Shown: in pieces, positions 8,322 through 18,551 of the stretch | How positions within the stretch are numbered: position 1 is the first letter of the stretch | Layout: every line of letters begins with the position of its first letter | Origin: OM182 bacterium MED-G28 | GTDB taxonomy: Bacteria > Pseudomonadota > Gammaproteobacteria > Pseudomonadales > Pseudohongiellaceae | NCBI GenBank assembly: GCA_002457215.1 | Contig: NTJZ01000011.1 | Coordinates: 27,009 to 91,008 of the forward strand | Direction: 5' to 3' | Length of the DNA: 64,000 bases | Position numbers and translations under genes: made by a program | The notes under the pieces: generated by a model | Told to the model about the DNA's origin: nothing | What the model saw: the letters and a program-made list of their open reading frames with translations, nothing else | Databases searched by the model: none

Positions 8322-10448
8322 ATGTCGGGGATAACAATTACAGTCACCACGGTCTTGTCACTGCTGGGTTTGGGTATAGCTTTCTTTTATATGAAGCGAG
8401 TAACTAGCATACCATTGGATTTGGGGCTTGATGAAAAAGATGGCTCTCGTCTAAGGTTTATTCATGGAGCTATCGCAGAAGGTGCTATGGCATTCCTTAA
8501 ACAGGAATATAAATTTCTCACTATATTTATGGTGGTATTCGCCGCGATCATTGCGGTCTTAATCGATGATACTCATACACCTGACATACGCGAAGGAATC
8601 TATACAGCATTAGCTTTTCTATTCGGTGGCGCCATTTCCATAGCATCTGGCTATATCGGCATGAAGGTTGCTACTCAAGGGAATGCGCGAACTACAGTGG
8701 CTGCAAAAAAAGATATTTCCAGTGCCTTCGATGTCGCGATTAATTCTGGCGCGGTTATGGGTTTTGCGCTCGTTGGCCTTGCGACGCTCGGGTTGGTGCT
8801 CATTTACGTAATAATGAGTTTCTTGCTCGCCGATCTCGGACAAGAAAATAATCATATCTTAATGGAAGTAATCGCGGGTTTTGGATTAGGTGGCTCGACT
8901 ATTGCACTTTTTGCCCGTGTTGGCGGTGGGATTTTTACCAAGGCAGCAGATGTTGGCGCAGATCTGGTCGGAAAAGTCGAACAAGGTATTCCCGAAGACG
9001 ACCCACGCAACCCAGCTGTAATCGCTGATAATGTTGGCGACAATGTCGGAGATGTTGCAGGAATGGGCGCGGACCTATTTGGGTCATGCGCAGAAAGCAC
9101 CTGCGCGGCTATGGTGATCAGTGCGGTTGTTTTCGCCGCCGACCCTAATGCATTGCTCTATCCAATTCTTATTAGTGCAATAGGCATTCCTATCAGCTTA
9201 GTTACCAAATTGTTAGTGAGTGTTAAGGACGAAAATGATGTCGCGCCGGCATTGATGAAGTTGCTGATCGTCTCCAGTGCGCTGATGGCAGTCGTCATGT
9301 TCTTTTTCACCATGGCATTGATCCCGGAGTTCTTTGAGCTTAACGGTGAGCAGTACACTAACATGGGCGTTTACTGGTGCTTTCTATCAGGCCTTATTGC
9401 GGGTTTGGCAGTTGGGCTACTAACTGGATATTACACATCAGAAAATTATGGCCCAGTTAAAGAGTTAGCTCGATCGTGTGAAACTGGTGTTGCTACAAAT
9501 ATCATCTATGGCTTGGCCTTAGGTTATAAGTCTACCGTGTTGCCTTATTTAGCGATTGCCGTAAGTATATTTGTTTCGTGGGATCTCGCCGGCATGTATG
9601 GAGTAGCAATCGCTTCGCTTGGTATGTTGGGCACGTTGGTTATCGCTCTTATGATCGATGCCTATGGTCCGGTAGCAGATAATGCTGGTGGTATCGCTGA
9701 AATGGTTGGCTTGGATAAGGAAGTACGTCGTCGTACGGATATCCTGGATTCGGCTGGAAACACCACGGCTGCAATCGGTAAAGGCTTTGCAATTGGTGCT
9801 GCAATTCTTACTTCTCTCGCGCTATTTGCAGCGTTCATAACCGCTGCATCTAATTTAACCGGCGAACCTATTTCTATGAGTTTGCTAGACCCTCTCGTCT
9901 ATACGAGTTTATTTATTGGAGCAGTGTTACCGTTTCTGTTTTCCGCAATGACGATGAAGTCAGTTGGGAAGGCTGCTTTCGATATGATTGAAGAAGTTCG
10001 TCGTCAATTTAAAGAGATTCCGGGCATTATGGAAGGGACCGGTGAGCCAGATTATGCGCAGTGTGTTGCAATTTCTACGCAAGCAGCTCTGCGTGAAATG
10101 ATCGCGCCTGGCATTTTAATTATGGGCACACCTTTGCTCGCTGGGTTTTTATTTGGTGTTGAAGCGGTAGCAGGAATTCTCGCTGGCTCTCTGGTTACAG
10201 GAGGTGTGCTAGCTATAGCTTCCTCAAACAGTGGGGGAGCCTGGGATAATGCTAAGAAATATATTGAAGCTGGCAATCTCGGCGGCAAAGGTTCAGAAGA
10301 ACATACAGCTGCCGTCGTTGGTGATACGGTAGGCGACCCACTTAAGGATACATCTGGGCCGTCGTTAAATATTCTAATTAAGTTATCAGCGATTCTAAGT
10401 TTGGTATTTGCGCCATTCTTTGTTCAATGGGGCGGAATACTTTTGTAG
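8322..10448 (+). CDS. hppA: Membrane-integral ion-translocating pyrophosphatase (K+-dependent-type signature)
   Basis: 708 aa and polytopic. Motifs [43 protein letters not shown] and [21 protein letters not shown]. Confidence 0.95.
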   Translation: MSGITITVTTVLSLLGLGIAFFYMKRVTSIPLDLGLDEKDGSRLRFIHGAIAEGAMAFLKQEYKFLTIFMVVFAAIIAVLIDDTHTPDIREGIYTALAFLFGGAISIASGYIGMKVATQGNARTTVAAKKDISSAFDVAINSGAVMGFALVGLATLGLVLIYVIMSFLLADLGQENNHILMEVIAGFGLGGSTIALFARVGGGIFTKAADVGADLVGKVEQGIPEDDPRNPAVIADNVGDNVGDVAGMGADLFGSCAESTCAAMVISAVVFAADPNALLYPILISAIGIPISLVTKLLVSVKDENDVAPALMKLLIVSSALMAVVMFFFTMALIPEFFELNGEQYTNMGVYWCFLSGLIAGLAVGLLTGYYTSENYGPVKELARSCETGVATNIIYGLALGYKSTVLPYLAIAVSIFVSWDLAGMYGVAIASLGMLGTLVIALMIDAYGPVADNAGGIAEMVGLDKEVRRRTDILDSAGNTTAAIGKGFAIGAAILTSLALFAAFITAASNLTGEPISMSLLDPLVYTSLFIGAVLPFLFSAMTMKSVGKAAFDMIEEVRRQFKEIPGIMEGTGEPDYAQCVAISTQAALREMIAPGILIMGTPLLAGFLFGVEAVAGILAGSLVTGGVLAIASSNSGGAWDNAKKYIEAGNLGGKGSEEHTAAVVGDTVGDPLKDTSGPSLNILIKLSAILSLVFAPFFVQWGGILL

Positions 10449-10468
10449 TATTGTTTCTGGTTTAAATC

Positions 10469-10497
10469 AAAAAAAGGGCTATTTAGCCCTTTTTTTG
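10469..10497. terminator. Bidirectional rho-independent terminator
   Basis: AAAAAAGGGCT-ATTT-AGCCCTTTTTT, a GC stem flanked by an A-tract and a T-tract. It lies between the convergent genes hppA and the 185-aa ORF. Confidence 0.8.
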
Positions 10498-10506
10498 ATG
10501 AGTGTT

Positions 10507-11064
10507 TTAGTTATTCCTACGTGTTTCGAAATGAAATAAAACCCATTCAGTAAATTCTATCTGAGATTCTGTCTTAACATTCGTCCAACTTGTTTGTACA
10601 TTTTCCACGCACTGATAAATTCTAAAAGAGTCAGTGTTTTCTATGATTAAGTTACGTACTGAAGGGTTGAGTGTATAATTTGATACTTCTACTAATTTCC
10701 AATCCTCTTCTAAAGTTCTGCTTATGCATTCGTTTCCTTGAATTAAATCTATATATTCGAATTCTTTATCAGCAAAACCTAGGGGAGGGATCGTTAAATT
10801 TATGTCGATTTCTACCGACTCTGCTTGTTGTTCATTCTTAAGGAAGAATATTGAATCTAGCCGCAGCTGGTCTTCTGTCTGATTGAATACCACCAAACGC
10901 ATTCCGTCATCGGTGTTAGCTCCCCAGCCAGAGGAATAAAATGCAAAACGGATATCAGTTACTTCTATTAGCTCTGCTGCAAAACTTAGAAAGGGAAAAC
11001 AAGCAGCGGCGCAAAATAAGCCGAACTGGCTGGGAAAACTAATGTATTTCAATGAAAAAGGCAT
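10507..11064 (-). CDS. Hypothetical secreted protein
   Basis: 185-aa ORF with a signal-like N-terminus (FGLFCAAACFPFLSFAAE). No recognisable motif. Confidence 0.6.
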   Translation of the reverse strand: MPFSLKYISFPSQFGLFCAAACFPFLSFAAELIEVTDIRFAFYSSGWGANTDDGMRLVVFNQTEDQLRLDSIFFLKNEQQAESVEIDINLTIPPLGFADKEFEYIDLIQGNECISRTLEEDWKLVEVSNYTLNPSVRNLIIENTDSFRIYQCVENVQTSWTNVKTESQIEFTEWVLFHFETRRNN

Positions 11065-11196
11065 AAAACAAGTTTAGCGGGCTTGATAGCCTTGTGTCAT
11101 GCCTATTTTCTTTTTTGGGGGGATACAAGATAATCTCCCATGGTTTGAGTGCGACTGAATACTAAAATCCATTAAAACTCAGCAAAGGTCTAATTT

Positions 11197-12018
11197 TTGA
11201 ATAATCCTGAGAGATTTAAGCACCTCATCTGCATTGCGTCAGGAAAAGGTGGCGTTGGAAAATCCACCACAGCAGTTAATTTGGCTCTGGCATTGGCAGC
11301 AAATGGGAGAAAAGTTGGTTTGCTCGATGCAGATATCTATGGCCCGAGTATTCCATTGATGATGGGAGTGGAGCCTGGAACCCGGCCTGAAATACGCCAG
11401 CAGAAATATATGGTTCCGATTCTAGCCCATGGAATTGAATGTAATTCTATGGGCTTTTTGATTGATGAGAATACAGCAATGGTGTGGCGGGCCCCCATGA
11501 TTATTTCCGCCTTTAATCAAATACTAAATGACACTGCTTGGAATGAACGAGATTATCTCGTAGTAGATATGCCGCCTGGCACCGGCGATATTCAACTTAG
11601 CCTAGCTCAGTCAGTCAAGGTTTCTGGTGCGGTGATTGTCACTACTCCTCAAGATGTAGCCTTATTAGATGCCCGCAAAGGCATTGAAATGTTTCGAAAA
11701 GTTGATGTTCCTATATTAGGTATCGTCGAAAATATGAGTACTCACCATTGTTCCAGCTGTGGTCATGAAGAAGCCATTTTTGGTACTGGGGGTGGTGATC
11801 GATTATCCGCCGAATACGGGCTGGAAGTGCTCGGTCGTTTGCCATTAGATTTGGAAATTAGAGAAAAAACTGATGCTGGTAATCCAGTGGTATCGTCCGC
11901 ACCATCGCATCCTGCGGCTCACGCTTATTTGAAACTTGCACAGAATGTGGAGTGTAAGGTAAGTCAGCATGTTGTGTCAGCAGGAAGTGGGCCTACGATT
12001 AAGGTAAGTGATGATTAG
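11197..12018 (+). CDS. apbC: Fe-S cluster carrier ATPase ApbC/Mrp
   Basis: Deviant Walker A motif ASGKGGVGKST and a CSSCGH motif (CxxC). The track start is a TTG. Confidence 0.9.
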   Translation: MNNPERFKHLICIASGKGGVGKSTTAVNLALALAANGRKVGLLDADIYGPSIPLMMGVEPGTRPEIRQQKYMVPILAHGIECNSMGFLIDENTAMVWRAPMIISAFNQILNDTAWNERDYLVVDMPPGTGDIQLSLAQSVKVSGAVIVTTPQDVALLDARKGIEMFRKVDVPILGIVENMSTHHCSSCGHEEAIFGTGGGDRLSAEYGLEVLGRLPLDLEIREKTDAGNPVVSSAPSHPAAHAYLKLAQNVECKVSQHVVSAGSGPTIKVSDD

Positions 12019-12083
12019 AACAAGCTTAGTAATACTGGGATGGCGGTTCTCTGAGAATTAAGAGAATAATTTTGTAAAAGGGG

Positions 12084-13760
12084 ATGGTTGTGGATTCTGT
12101 AAATGATTTTTTAATATTTCTAGATGGTTATTTAGGATCCGCTATTTGGTTTCCAACACTTCTTCTTCTGACTGGAGTTTTCTTTACTCTTTACTTGGGG
12201 TTCCCTCAGATTCGCTATTTCAAGCATGCTATTGGGGTTACTACCGGAAAATTTGATAAAGCTGGGGCGAAAGGAGATACAACCCACTTTCAAGCACTAT
12301 CTACTGCCCTTTCTGGTACCGTCGGAACAGGAAACATTGGTGGCGTAGCACTTGCACTTCACTTGGGAGGTCCTGCGGCTCTTTTCTGGATGTGGATGAC
12401 TGCGTTCTTTGGTATGACTAGCAAATTTGTAGAGGTGACACTGTCTCATAAATATCGAAACCAGACTCCGGATGGCACTATGGCTGGAGGCCCAATGTAT
12501 TACATGGAGAAAGGTCTAAATATGAAGTGGCTGGCAGTAATTTTTGCTATAGCTACAGTTCTTAGTTCATTTGGAACAGGAAATTTACCGCAGATAAACA
12601 GTATCGCTGCTGGTTTAGAGAGCACGTTTTCCATTGAGCCAATCATTACAGCCAGTGCACTTTCAGTGCTGCTTGCATTAGTTATTCTTGGTGGCATTAC
12701 GAGAATTGCAAAAGTTGCCGCTGCCATTGTGCCGACCATGTCTTTTATCTATTTGATCGGGGCGTTTGCGGTCATCATTCCAAATTTAGGCAACATATTG
12801 CCTTCTTTTGCAGCAATTTTTTCTGATGCGTTTACCGGTTCTGCAGCTACAGGTGGATTTCTAGGGGCAACATTTGCTTACGCTTTTGATCGAGGGGTTA
12901 ATAGGGGACTATATTCTAATGAGGCAGGCCAAGGCTCTGCGCCCATTGCTCATGCAGCAGCTCGGACTGATGAGCCCGCAGACGAGGGCATGGTTTCTAT
13001 TCTAGAGCCCTTTATCGACACCATCGTTATTTGCACAATAACCGGATTAGTTATTCTATCTTCAGGTGTTTGGATGGAGAAATTTGATAACGAGTTTCAG
13101 CGCGCTGATATGAATTTTGTAAGCGGTACGTATACAGAATCTGAATCTGCAGACACTGAACAATTATTCCTTTATTTAAATGGTGACGATTCAGTTGTTA
13201 ATGGCTATAGCGGCAGCATTTTTGTGCAGAACGGTTTGGCGCAGAACAATAGTGATTTTACTTTAATTCACGCAAGATCGTTTGCTGAGAATGTCATGTT
13301 TAGCGATGGACAAGGCCCAATTTCTGGTTCGATAAATGTTAGTGATGGAGCCCTGGATGACGCTAGCATTATCGTAAGTGGAGATTCATTATTACACTCT
13401 GTACCCTTAACTACTCGGGCTTTTACTCGAGGTCTGTTTGGTGATTACGGGCAATACATAGTGTCGATTGGGTTAATGCTGTTTGCCTTCTCAACAGCTA
13501 TCGCATGGTCTTATTACGGGGATAGAGCGATGACTTATTTGTTTGGGCCTAAATCTGTTTTCCCTTATCGAGTCGTTTATGTGCTGGGGTTTTTCTATGC
13601 AGCGCTAGCAGACACAACCATTGTTTGGAATATATCCCTAATCACTATTGTGCTTATGACCGTGCCCAATTTGGTGGGAATTTTGTTAATGCACAAAGAG
13701 ATGAAGAGAACCGTTGCTGATTACTGGGATCGAACAGAGCATCGTATCCGCGACACATAA
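12084..13760 (+). CDS. Alanine/glycine:cation symporter (AGCS family) with a large extra loop domain
   Basis: Motifs [16 protein letters not shown] and [16 protein letters not shown], with [16 protein letters not shown] near the C-terminus. At 558 aa it is longer than the roughly 450-490 aa I recall as typical. Confidence 0.9.
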   Translation: MVVDSVNDFLIFLDGYLGSAIWFPTLLLLTGVFFTLYLGFPQIRYFKHAIGVTTGKFDKAGAKGDTTHFQALSTALSGTVGTGNIGGVALALHLGGPAALFWMWMTAFFGMTSKFVEVTLSHKYRNQTPDGTMAGGPMYYMEKGLNMKWLAVIFAIATVLSSFGTGNLPQINSIAAGLESTFSIEPIITASALSVLLALVILGGITRIAKVAAAIVPTMSFIYLIGAFAVIIPNLGNILPSFAAIFSDAFTGSAATGGFLGATFAYAFDRGVNRGLYSNEAGQGSAPIAHAAARTDEPADEGMVSILEPFIDTIVICTITGLVILSSGVWMEKFDNEFQRADMNFVSGTYTESESADTEQLFLYLNGDDSVVNGYSGSIFVQNGLAQNNSDFTLIHARSFAENVMFSDGQGPISGSINVSDGALDDASIIVSGDSLLHSVPLTTRAFTRGLFGDYGQYIVSIGLMLFAFSTAIAWSYYGDRAMTYLFGPKSVFPYRVVYVLGFFYAALADTTIVWNISLITIVLMTVPNLVGILLMHKEMKRTVADYWDRTEHRIRDT

Positions 13761-13791
13761 CACTGCACCTCAAAAAGATATATTCTACATT

Positions 13792-15480
13792 CTAGCGCAG
13801 GACGGCCTCCGCCGGCAGGCGAATATTTTCAACGATAGCTTGCACCTCCTTTGGTGGTTCCGGGGTAATTTTTGAAATGCCATAGGCCACTGCCATATTA
13901 ACAATGGTTCCCAGAGTTCCAATCCCTTCTGGAGAAACCCCAAACAACCATCCTTCAGCATTATCCATAGTAGGATTGATTGTCTTAAAGTACACAATGT
14001 ATAGAGCCGTAAATAGAAAACCAGCAACCATTCCAGCGATTGCTCCCTGTTTATTCATGCGCTTATAAAAAATTCCCAAAACAATAGCGGGGAAGAAGGA
14101 TGCTGCCGCTAAACCAAAAGCATAGGCAACGACCTGCGCTACGTAAGCTGGAGGGTTTATCCCCACATAGCCGGCAATTATTACTGCAACAAATATTGCG
14201 ATTCTGGCATAGCGAAGTTCTTGTTTCTCTGAAATGTTAGGCATGAAACTCCTTTTCATGAGATCGTGAGCTACAGCTGTGGAAATAACGAGTAGCAAGC
14301 CTGCTGCAGTTGAAAGTGCTGCGGCAAGAGCTCCAGCTGCAACTAGAGCAACAACCCAATTTGGCAATCCTGCGATCTCAGGATTTGCCAATACCATGAT
14401 GTCACGATTTACTTCGAGTTCATTAATTTCAGGATCTCCAACATACTGAATTCGGCCATCTTCATTTTTGTCGGTAAATACAATTAAGTTTGTTGCTTCC
14501 CATTTAGTAAACCATTCTGGAACAGCAGAATACTCAATATTATCTACGGTATTAATTAAGTTGGTGCGGGCGAATGCAGCTACCGCTGGAGCTGTAGTGT
14601 AGAGGATAGCGATAAAAATTAGAGCATAGCCAGCAGAGCGACGAGCATCTCTGACATTTGGCACTGTAAAAAATCGAATGATTACATGGGGTAAGCCGGC
14701 GGTACCAAACATTAAAGCTGCGGTTATGAAGAATACATCTTGTGTTGAACGCTGTCCTTCGGTGTATGTGGCAAAACCTAATTGTTCACTCATGCCATCT
14801 AATCTATCCAGCAAATAGCCCCCTCCAAAAGATTCTGTTAATTCAGCGCCGAAACCAAGTTGAGGTATGGGAATGCCCGTCATTAATATAGAAATGAAAA
14901 TAGCAGGGACCATAAATGCAAATATTAGGACGCAGTACTGTGCAACCTGTGTGTAAGTTATGCCTTTCATGCCGCCCATGACTGCATAAAAAAACACGAT
15001 AGCCATTCCAATTATAACGCCGGTGGTGATATCGACTTCTAAAAAACGAGAAAAGACAATTCCAGCACCTTGCATTTGTCCACAGACATAAACAAAAGAA
15101 ATTGTAATTGCGCAGAAGACAGCGATTAATCTTGCTGATTGCGAGTAGTAACGATCACCAATAAAGTCGGGCACTGTAAATTTCCCAAACTTCCTTAAGT
15201 AGGGTGCTAGCAATAGTGCTAAAAGCACATAACCGCCAGTCCATCCCATTAGGTAAAAAGTACCATCTCTACCCAGAAAGGATATTAACCCGGCCATTGA
15301 AATAAACGAGGCTGCTGACATCCAGTCGGCGGCGGTGGCCATGCCATTTGCGAGAGGTGGAACTCCACTTCCGGCGACATAAAATTCGCTAGTGGATCCG
15401 GCCCTTGATTTTATTGCGATGCCAATATATAGCCCGAAGGTGAGGAATACGAAAATAAAAGTCCAGATTTGAACACTCAT
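13792..15480 (-). CDS. Sodium:solute symporter (SSS family, ActP-like large subunit)
   Basis: 562 aa and polytopic. Paired with, and overlapping by 4 nt, an upstream DUF4212-type small subunit. Confidence 0.9.
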   Translation of the reverse strand: MSVQIWTFIFVFLTFGLYIGIAIKSRAGSTSEFYVAGSGVPPLANGMATAADWMSAASFISMAGLISFLGRDGTFYLMGWTGGYVLLALLLAPYLRKFGKFTVPDFIGDRYYSQSARLIAVFCAITISFVYVCGQMQGAGIVFSRFLEVDITTGVIIGMAIVFFYAVMGGMKGITYTQVAQYCVLIFAFMVPAIFISILMTGIPIPQLGFGAELTESFGGGYLLDRLDGMSEQLGFATYTEGQRSTQDVFFITAALMFGTAGLPHVIIRFFTVPNVRDARRSAGYALIFIAILYTTAPAVAAFARTNLINTVDNIEYSAVPEWFTKWEATNLIVFTDKNEDGRIQYVGDPEINELEVNRDIMVLANPEIAGLPNWVVALVAAGALAAALSTAAGLLLVISTAVAHDLMKRSFMPNISEKQELRYARIAIFVAVIIAGYVGINPPAYVAQVVAYAFGLAAASFFPAIVLGIFYKRMNKQGAIAGMVAGFLFTALYIVYFKTINPTMDNAEGWLFGVSPEGIGTLGTIVNMAVAYGISKITPEPPKEVQAIVENIRLPAEAVLR

Positions 15481-15782
15481 TCTGTGTCTCCGTCTGTGCT
15501 TGTTTGAAGATTAGGTTGATTGTCTTTGGAAGATTCTAAATTATACTTGTCATCTAACTTATCCATTAGATGTATATAGACATAGATCAGCGCGACAAAA
15601 ACTAAAATAGCACCCTGTTGGGCAATCCAGAATCCGAGCTTAAACCCTCCTATTCGAAAATTATCAAGTAGATCGACGAAGAGGATTCCGCAGCCGAAAG
15701 AAATGAAAAACCAAACAGCTAGTAGCGAGAGAACGATTCGAATATTGGATTTCCAGTAGGATTGAGCGCTGCTATCAGACAT
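15477..15782 (-). CDS. DUF4212-type small membrane subunit of the solute:sodium symporter
   Basis: Two TM helices with YWKSN...GFKLGFWIAQQGAILVF motifs. The ATG at 15782 is preferred because it has an AAGGA SD. The track ORF starts at a TTG at 15812. Confidence 0.85.
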   Translation of the reverse strand: MSDSSAQSYWKSNIRIVLSLLAVWFFISFGCGILFVDLLDNFRIGGFKLGFWIAQQGAILVFVALIYVYIHLMDKLDDKYNLESSKDNQPNLQTSTDGDTE

Positions 15783-16217
15783 TAAGATTCCTTTGATTAT
15801 TGCTTTTTTCAACTCCTGGAAGGGGTAAACAAATAAGACCTTCGAGGGAATAAATGCTACGGAAGAATTCCGTCTTTGCCACGCGCTGGGATGTTATCAC
15901 TTAATCCGGAACCCGTACAGCTGCCTAGATTCGCGGGTCTCGGCGATGTTGCTTCTCATGAGTTGTCTCAACTTATTGGCATCGTCTCTTGAGCTAAATT
16001 TACTTAATTCACCGTTGTTTAAGCCCTTTTTTGACCGGCGATAAGGTTGAGGAAAAGCGCATCTCGGGCCATAGATTTCGTGAGCTTCAAGCCCCTATGA
16101 TGAGTGTTAATCGATGGCCACGAGCTGACGTTAAAAGTGCTCTTGATAATTTTCGTTATTACTTAAGTGATTCCCACATGGTTGAAGCGATATTGCTGGC
16201 GATATAACTATGTAATA

Positions 16218-16751
16218 TTATTCTTTTGGGTTGAGCGATTTACTGATGTAGCTTTCTAGTTTCTTGTAGCACTTTGCTCGATTTTCTTCGGCAGCTTTTG
16301 AGTATTCTCTAAACAATTGTCTTAGTTTCTGTCGTTGTAATCTAGAATGTTTAGTTAGAATTTGATTTATTCCGTCATCGCCTGCGGTAAGTATGATTTC
16401 TATTAACTCTTTGGCAAGAATTCGTGATTGAGGGCTGGTTTTGCGTGGTGATTGTAGTAAATTAATCGCATCGTTAATTTCTTCTCTACTACAGTCTCGC
16501 ATTATCTTCCCGAGGTACTGTTTTTGTCTCTTTTTGGCTCCATGCGAATTTGGCAGTCGCTTGTATTCAGTAATAGCGATCCTTATGCGATCTGGAAGCG
16601 GAATTTTATCTAGATCTGTGATTTTAAACTCTAATAATCGTTCACCAAGGACCTGCATTTTAGTTGCTTCTTTCTTCTTCTGGGTTCTGCTAGAAGGTTC
16701 CAGTTTTTGAACTTCTTCATCAGTGTGTTGCTCTCTATTTTTTTGTTCCAT
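16218..16751 (-). CDS. yjgA: Ribosome-associated protein YjgA/DarP (DUF615)
   Basis: 177 aa, basic. The RTQKKKEATKMQVLGERLLE...HGAKKRQKQYLGKIMRD pattern matches the YjgA family. Confidence 0.85.
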   Translation of the reverse strand: MEQKNREQHTDEEVQKLEPSSRTQKKKEATKMQVLGERLLEFKITDLDKIPLPDRIRIAITEYKRLPNSHGAKKRQKQYLGKIMRDCSREEINDAINLLQSPRKTSPQSRILAKELIEIILTAGDDGINQILTKHSRLQRQKLRQLFREYSKAAEENRAKCYKKLESYISKSLNPKE

Positions 16752-16769
16752 CAGCGCTACTTATAAGGT

Positions 16770-18128
16770 TTAGATATAGAAAATTTGGGCGAGTCCGAGA
16801 AATGCAAAGAATCCAATGGAATCCGTTATCGCGGTTAGGGCGACAGATCCAGCAAGTGCAGGATCAATATTAATCTTCTTCAGAAAGAGAGGAAGATAAG
16901 CGCCAGCAAGAGCAGCGGTGACGAGATTAATCATCATAGCTACCGCTAGGATGTAACTCAGCAATAAGTCTTGATACCAGGCAAACGCAATTAATGAAAT
17001 TATAAATGCCCACAGCGCCCCATTTAGTCCTGCTACGCCTAATTCTCTTGTTAACAACCATCTGCTAGTTGAGGGGCTAATATGCCCAAGCGCCATGCTA
17101 CGTATTACTAGTGTTAAGGTTTGGGTGCCAGCAACTCCACCCATGTTCGCTACAATCGGCATCAATACAGCTAGATAGACAACTTGGTCTAATGTGTCTT
17201 GAAACAGAAAGATCACCATTGAGGCGAAAACCGCTGTCATTAGGTTTAAGCCAAGCCAGAGTGCTCTGCGTCGTGCTGTTTTTACAATGGGGGCGAACGT
17301 GTCATCTTCTTCATCTAACCCTGCCATACTCATTAATGAATGTTCAGTGCTATCACGAATAACATCAACCACATCGTCAATTGTAATACGGCCTAAAAGC
17401 TTGCCTTTGTTATCGATAACAGGAGCAGATACCCAGTCATGTTGTTCGAAAAGCTGGGCTACTTGAGTCGCTTCCATTTCTACAGGTATCGCTTTAATAT
17501 CTTCGCGCATAACTTCATGTACTGAAGTATTTGGGCCGGAAACCAAGATTTCTCTTAAGGGTAAAATTCCTAGAAACATGTCGTCGCGACTAACAACAAG
17601 CAGATTATCAGTCATTTCTGGAATTCTTTCGTGTCTTCTTAAATAACGTAGTACCAACTCTACAGTATGATTTCGTCGAACCGTAATGGTGTCTGTATTC
17701 ATCAGGCCGCCAGCAGTATCTTCGTCGTAAGAAAGAATTGTCTCCAAACGATGACGGTCTTGCTGGTCCATGGCTTGCAATACTTCGGCCGCAATTTGTT
17801 GAGGAAGCTGTTGCAATATGTCTGCAAGATCATCCGTCTCTAGCCCTTCTGTTAACTCTGCGACCTGTGCCGCGTTTAGTTCGCTAAGAAAGTCACTTTG
17901 TAGATCCTCATTAAGATATTGTAAAACTTCACCCTCGGAATCTTTGTCAATTAGCTGCCAAAGAACAGAGCGAGTTTTAGGGGGAGAAGATTCGAGTAGA
18001 TAAGCGATACCAGCAGTAGGTAAAGTCTTGATCATTTGCTGTACCTGGGACAAAGAACCGCTATGAATAGCTCGGTTTAATTCCAGGACATGATCTTTTT
18101 TAAATTGTGATTCTTTAGCTTGCGACAT
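16770..18128 (-). CDS. mgtE: Magnesium transporter MgtE
   Basis: 452 aa with an N-domain, tandem CBS domains and a C-terminal 5-TM domain carrying a GNMGGVAGTQT-like motif (ANMGGVAGTQT). Confidence 0.95.
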   Translation of the reverse strand: MSQAKESQFKKDHVLELNRAIHSGSLSQVQQMIKTLPTAGIAYLLESSPPKTRSVLWQLIDKDSEGEVLQYLNEDLQSDFLSELNAAQVAELTEGLETDDLADILQQLPQQIAAEVLQAMDQQDRHRLETILSYDEDTAGGLMNTDTITVRRNHTVELVLRYLRRHERIPEMTDNLLVVSRDDMFLGILPLREILVSGPNTSVHEVMREDIKAIPVEMEATQVAQLFEQHDWVSAPVIDNKGKLLGRITIDDVVDVIRDSTEHSLMSMAGLDEEDDTFAPIVKTARRRALWLGLNLMTAVFASMVIFLFQDTLDQVVYLAVLMPIVANMGGVAGTQTLTLVIRSMALGHISPSTSRWLLTRELGVAGLNGALWAFIISLIAFAWYQDLLLSYILAVAMMINLVTAALAGAYLPLFLKKINIDPALAGSVALTAITDSIGFFAFLGLAQIFYI

Positions 18129-18282
18129 ACTAAACCTCAGACATCTACTCAGAAATCGATGGGCACCGGTATGCTTTGAACTGAGGTGTTCAGCAGGTAG
18201 TGGGGGTCCGGAGTAATTGGCAAAAGTATCTTACAGTCATTCCGCTGAAAAACAAAAGTCAAAGTTTTGTTGACGTCGTAGA

Positions 18283-18549
18283 TTACTCGTCCTCACCAAA
18301 TCGATTACTTATAAGTGCAACAACCGCAGTGATGGCTAGGTCTTCGTCTGCACCATCGATTTCTATGCTTAATTCTGTGCCTTTCACTGCTGCTAACATC
18401 ATGAGTGATAGGATACTTTTTCCGTCGACCATCCTTTCATGGCCTACCCGAATATCAGAGCTAAAAGTGGCCGTGAGTTCCACGAGCTTGGATGCAGCGC
18501 GGGCATGCAGTCCTGCCTTATTGATTATCTCCACTTTGACTTTCTGCAT
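18283..18549 (-). CDS. ptsO: HPr-family phosphocarrier NPr
   Basis: 88 aa with the active-site His context NKAGLHARAA. Downstream of rapZ, as in the rpoN operon. Confidence 0.9.
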   Translation of the reverse strand: MQKVKVEIINKAGLHARAASKLVELTATFSSDIRVGHERMVDGKSILSLMMLAAVKGTELSIEIDGADEDLAITAVVALISNRFGEDE

Positions 18550-18551
18550 AA

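Noticed and set aside
16022-16162. Apparent resemblance of the minus-strand open stretch (..WPSINTHHRGLKLTKSMARDALFLNLIAG..) to the C-terminal PKTRSGKI..RKIAAG region of acetyl-CoA synthetase.
   Set aside because: The match is weak. I could produce equally suggestive 'matches' from the same nucleotides in a different frame, so it is not evidence. It is kept only as a hypothesis to test by blastx.
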